From: a virus
Taxonomy: Duplodnaviria; Heunggongvirae; Uroviricota; Caudoviricetes
Length of the DNA: 16,793 nucleotides
Reading direction: 5' to 3' (one strand)
Virus record (IMG/VR): IMGVR_UViG_2571042372_000009
Each line of letters begins with the position of its first letter. The stretch's first letter is position 1. The translations under genes were made by a program, and so were the position numbers. The notes under the pieces are model-generated. The model worked only from the letters and a program-made list of their open reading frames with translations, had not been told where the DNA came from and ran no database searches. Positions 14,781 to 16,793 of the stretch are shown piece by piece.

Positions 14781-15245
14781 ATGAACCGCGTACTGTGCGT
14801 GGTCATCATTGCCCTGCTGGTGGCCTGTGGTGCGCTTAGTCTGGGGCTGAATCATTACCGTGATAACGCCATTACCTACAAAGCCCAGCGCGACAAAAAT
14901 GTCAGAGAACTGAAGCTGGCGAACGCGGCAATTACTGACATGCAGATGCGTCAGCGTGATGTTGCTGCGCTCGATGCAAAATACACGAAGGAGTTAGCTG
15001 ATGCGAAAGCTGAAAATGATGCTCTGCGTGATGATGTTGCCGCTGGTCGTCGTCGGTTGCACATCAAAGCAGTCTGTCAGTCAGTGCGTGAAGCCACCAC
15101 CGCCTCCGGCGTGGATAATGCAGCCTCCCCCCGACTGGCAGACACCGCTGAACGGGATTATTTCACCCTCAGAGCGCGACTGATAATAATGCAAAAACAA
15201 CTTGAAGGGGCACAGCTATACATTCGAGAGCAATGCCTCAGATAA
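14781..15245 (+). CDS. Rz: Spanin inner-membrane subunit Rz (i-spanin), 154 aa
   Basis: N-terminal transmembrane segment, coiled-coil-like body, and an embedded Rz1 gene in the +1 frame. Confidence 0.85.
   Translation: MNRVLCVVIIALLVACGALSLGLNHYRDNAITYKAQRDKNVRELKLANAAITDMQMRQRDVAALDAKYTKELADAKAENDALRDDVAAGRRRLHIKAVCQSVREATTASGVDNAASPRLADTAERDYFTLRARLIIMQKQLEGAQLYIREQCLR
15001..15183 (+). CDS. Rz1: Spanin outer-membrane lipoprotein subunit Rz1 (o-spanin), 60 aa, embedded in Rz
   Basis: Signal peptide with lipobox VVGC and a proline-rich mature region ([13 protein letters not shown]), entirely inside Rz in another frame. Confidence 0.8.
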   Translation: MRKLKMMLCVMMLPLVVVGCTSKQSVSQCVKPPPPPAWIMQPPPDWQTPLNGIISPSERD

Positions 15246-15552
15246 AAACCGGCCAAGGATAATCCGCTGAAGATTCGCCGGTGGCTAAAGTGTGCCAAGA
15301 GTTCAATTTACGCAATTACTCCTGTCGATGCTATGTACCGTCTTTGTGAAGTCAATGGATACCTGATTTATTTCTGTGCGCTGTATCGTCGCTGTACTCT
15401 TGCATTAATTATGACTGTAGCCTGACGGGGAACTCCTTCTGCACAAGTGTGGGGGAATAATCAAAAACGATGCACACCGGGGTTACCGGGTACACATATT
15501 TCATCATGCCAGCGAGTCCGGTTCTGGCACGGAAGAAACCGGACGTTATGAT

Positions 15553-15978
15553 TTAGTGCGGAAATATTTGTGTAGTGTTCTGAATGTTCTCAGTAAAGAG
15601 TAATGAATTATCAAAGGTATAGTAATACCTTTTGTTTTCGTGGATATTTGTAATCCATCTGAAAACCCCTGCTGTAGCAAGATTTTTCCTGTATTCGTAA
15701 AATGATAACTCTCCTGATTTGAATCCTTTTAAGGTGGCTTCTATAAGGCATTTATTTTTTGAAAATCTTACATTTACAACCTTACCCTGTCCTTTTATTA
15801 AAACCGTATTATCGTTTTCAAGAACAAGATGAATATTCTCTGTGGCTAAATAGTAAATGTAATGTGAGACATTGTGACGTTTTAGTTCAGAATAAAACCA
15901 GTGATAGTTTAAATTATTTCGCACTTTATCGAATATTTGTTTAAAAATGGCAATCTGAGCCATTGTAGTACCTTCCAT
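15553..15978 (-). CDS. Hypothetical AT-rich moron protein (possibly YbcV/DUF1398-like), 136-141 aa
   Basis: AT-rich minus-strand ORF. The second ATG (15961-15963) has SD GGAAGG upstream and is the more likely start. Family naming is tentative recall. Confidence 0.55.
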   Translation of the reverse strand: MEGTTMAQIAIFKQIFDKVRNNLNYHWFYSELKRHNVSHYIYYLATENIHLVLENDNTVLIKGQGKVVNVRFSKNKCLIEATLKGFKSGELSFYEYRKNLATAGVFRWITNIHENKRYYYTFDNSLLFTENIQNTTQIFPH

Positions 15979-16020
15979 GTGATATGAGGGGGGGTAGTCT
16001 GCACGATTATCTAAATTGCT

Positions 16021-16254
16021 TCAATCTGGTCTGACCTGTTTTCTGAGCAATTCAGTAATGTCACTCTTTTCTTTGTTTGCTTCAGGCGAAACTCTTTTTT
16101 CTGAGCACAGTCTCCGGCGGCAGGCTTCAATGACCCAGGCTGAGAAATTCCCGGACCCTTTTTGAACAAGAGCGATGTTAATTTGTTCAATCATTTGGTT
16201 AGGAAAGCGGATGTTGCGGGTTGTTGTTCTGCGGGTTCTGTTCTTCGTTGACAT
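16021..16254 (-). CDS. Ribbon-helix-helix (Arc/CopG-like) small DNA-binding protein, 77 aa
   Basis: ...RNIRFPNQMIEQINIALVQKGSGNFSAWVIEACRRRL fits the beta-strand/helix/helix RHH pattern. Located 42 bp upstream of the 141-aa ORF on the same strand. Confidence 0.55.
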   Translation of the reverse strand: MSTKNRTRRTTTRNIRFPNQMIEQINIALVQKGSGNFSAWVIEACRRRLCSEKRVSPEANKEKSDITELLRKQVRPD

Positions 16255-16453
16255 GAGGTTGCCCTGTATTCAGTGTCGCTGATTTGTATTGTCTGAAGTT
16301 GTTTTTACGTTAGGTTGATGCAGATCAATTAATACGATACCTGCGTCATAATTGATTATTTGACGTGGTTTGATGGCCTCCACGCACGTTGTGATATGTA
16401 GATGATAATCATTATCGCTTTACGGGTCCTTTCCGGTGATCCGACAGGTTACG

Positions 16454-16465
16454 GGGCGGCGACCT
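16454..16465. other. cosN cohesive-end sequence GGGCGGCGACCT
   Basis: Exact match to the recalled lambda 12-nt cohesive end. The preceding about 180 nt (16270-16453) resemble the lambda right end (cosQ region); downstream diverges. Confidence 0.8.
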
Positions 16466-16561
16466 CGCGGTTTTTCACTATTTATGAAAATTTTTCAGGG
16501 AAAATCGTGTCGGTACTTCTCGAATATAACTTTTTGTTTTTTTTAATATTGCATTCATAAA

Positions 16562-16616
16562 TGTCCGACATGAAAGTGTCCGAAAATGCCTTTTTCTGGC
16601 GTTTTCATGTCGGGCC
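16562..16616. promoter_or_regulatory. cosB-like region with three R-type repeats for terminase small-subunit binding
   Basis: TGTCCGACATG (16562-16572), TGTCCGAAAATG (16577-16588) and inverted CATGTCGGGCC (16606-16616), between cosN and the terminase small-subunit start. Confidence 0.55.
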
Positions 16617-16640
16617 TTGTATTTGATAATGGGTTGTTCT

Positions 16641-16793
16641 ATGAAGGTTAATAAAAAGAGGCTTGCCGAAATTTTTAACGTGGACCCGCGGACGATTGAA
16701 CGCTGGCAGTCTCAGGGGCTCCCTTGCGTCTCCAAAGGCAGTAAGGGCATTGAATCTGTATTTGATACTGCCATGGCAATTCAGTGGTATGCG
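16641..16793 (+). CDS. Terminase small subunit (Nu1 / phage 21 gp1-like), N-terminal fragment truncated by window end
   Basis: [29 protein letters not shown]... parallels recalled lambda Nu1 (MEVNKKQLADIF...TIQNWQEQGMP), a winged-HTH N-terminus. Lies immediately downstream of cos. Confidence 0.85.
   Translation, partial: MKVNKKRLAEIFNVDPRTIERWQSQGLPCVSKGSKGIESVFDTAMAIQWYA

Noticed and set aside
1-16793. CRISPR array or cas genes
   Set aside because: No short direct repeats with regular unique spacers were seen. The only repeats are the two roughly 220-bp divergent modules and the cosB R-type repeats.

Overview
This window reads as a compact, rearranged lambdoid prophage segment of enterobacterial (E. 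coli-like) type, with phage 21 / Stx-phage-like architecture. Left to right: integrase, excisionase and a large DEDDh exonuclease (all minus strand); an intact IS1 with no target-site duplication; an AT-rich two-gene cassette (an IS1-truncated ORF with a HEPN-like R-x4-H motif, then a 333-aa protein with a GNAT-like C-terminus); a hok/mok type I toxin locus; a rem-like ORF, DUF968-like gene, rusA and antiterminator Q; a lambda-like pR'/tR' late promoter-terminator; a small wHTH ORF and an orphan beta-class DNA amino-methyltransferase; three tRNAs (Ile/Met-CAU, Arg-UCG, Arg-UCU); two tandem, divergent, hairpin-rich noncoding modules where Stx phages carry stxAB; a lysis cassette (dual-start pinholin, SAR endolysin, Rz/Rz1); AT-rich minus-strand morons; a cos site; and the start of a terminase small subunit. 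No bet/gam/N/cI/cro/O/P-like genes lie between the exonuclease and DUF968-rusA-Q, so the prophage looks defective, probably through IS1-mediated deletion. The strongest candidates for undescribed biology are the tandem structured noncoding modules (11615-12317) and the AT-rich HEPN-like/GNAT-like cassette next to IS1 (4707-6176). All calls rest on reading the sequence and ORF track plus recalled family motifs; no database search was run.
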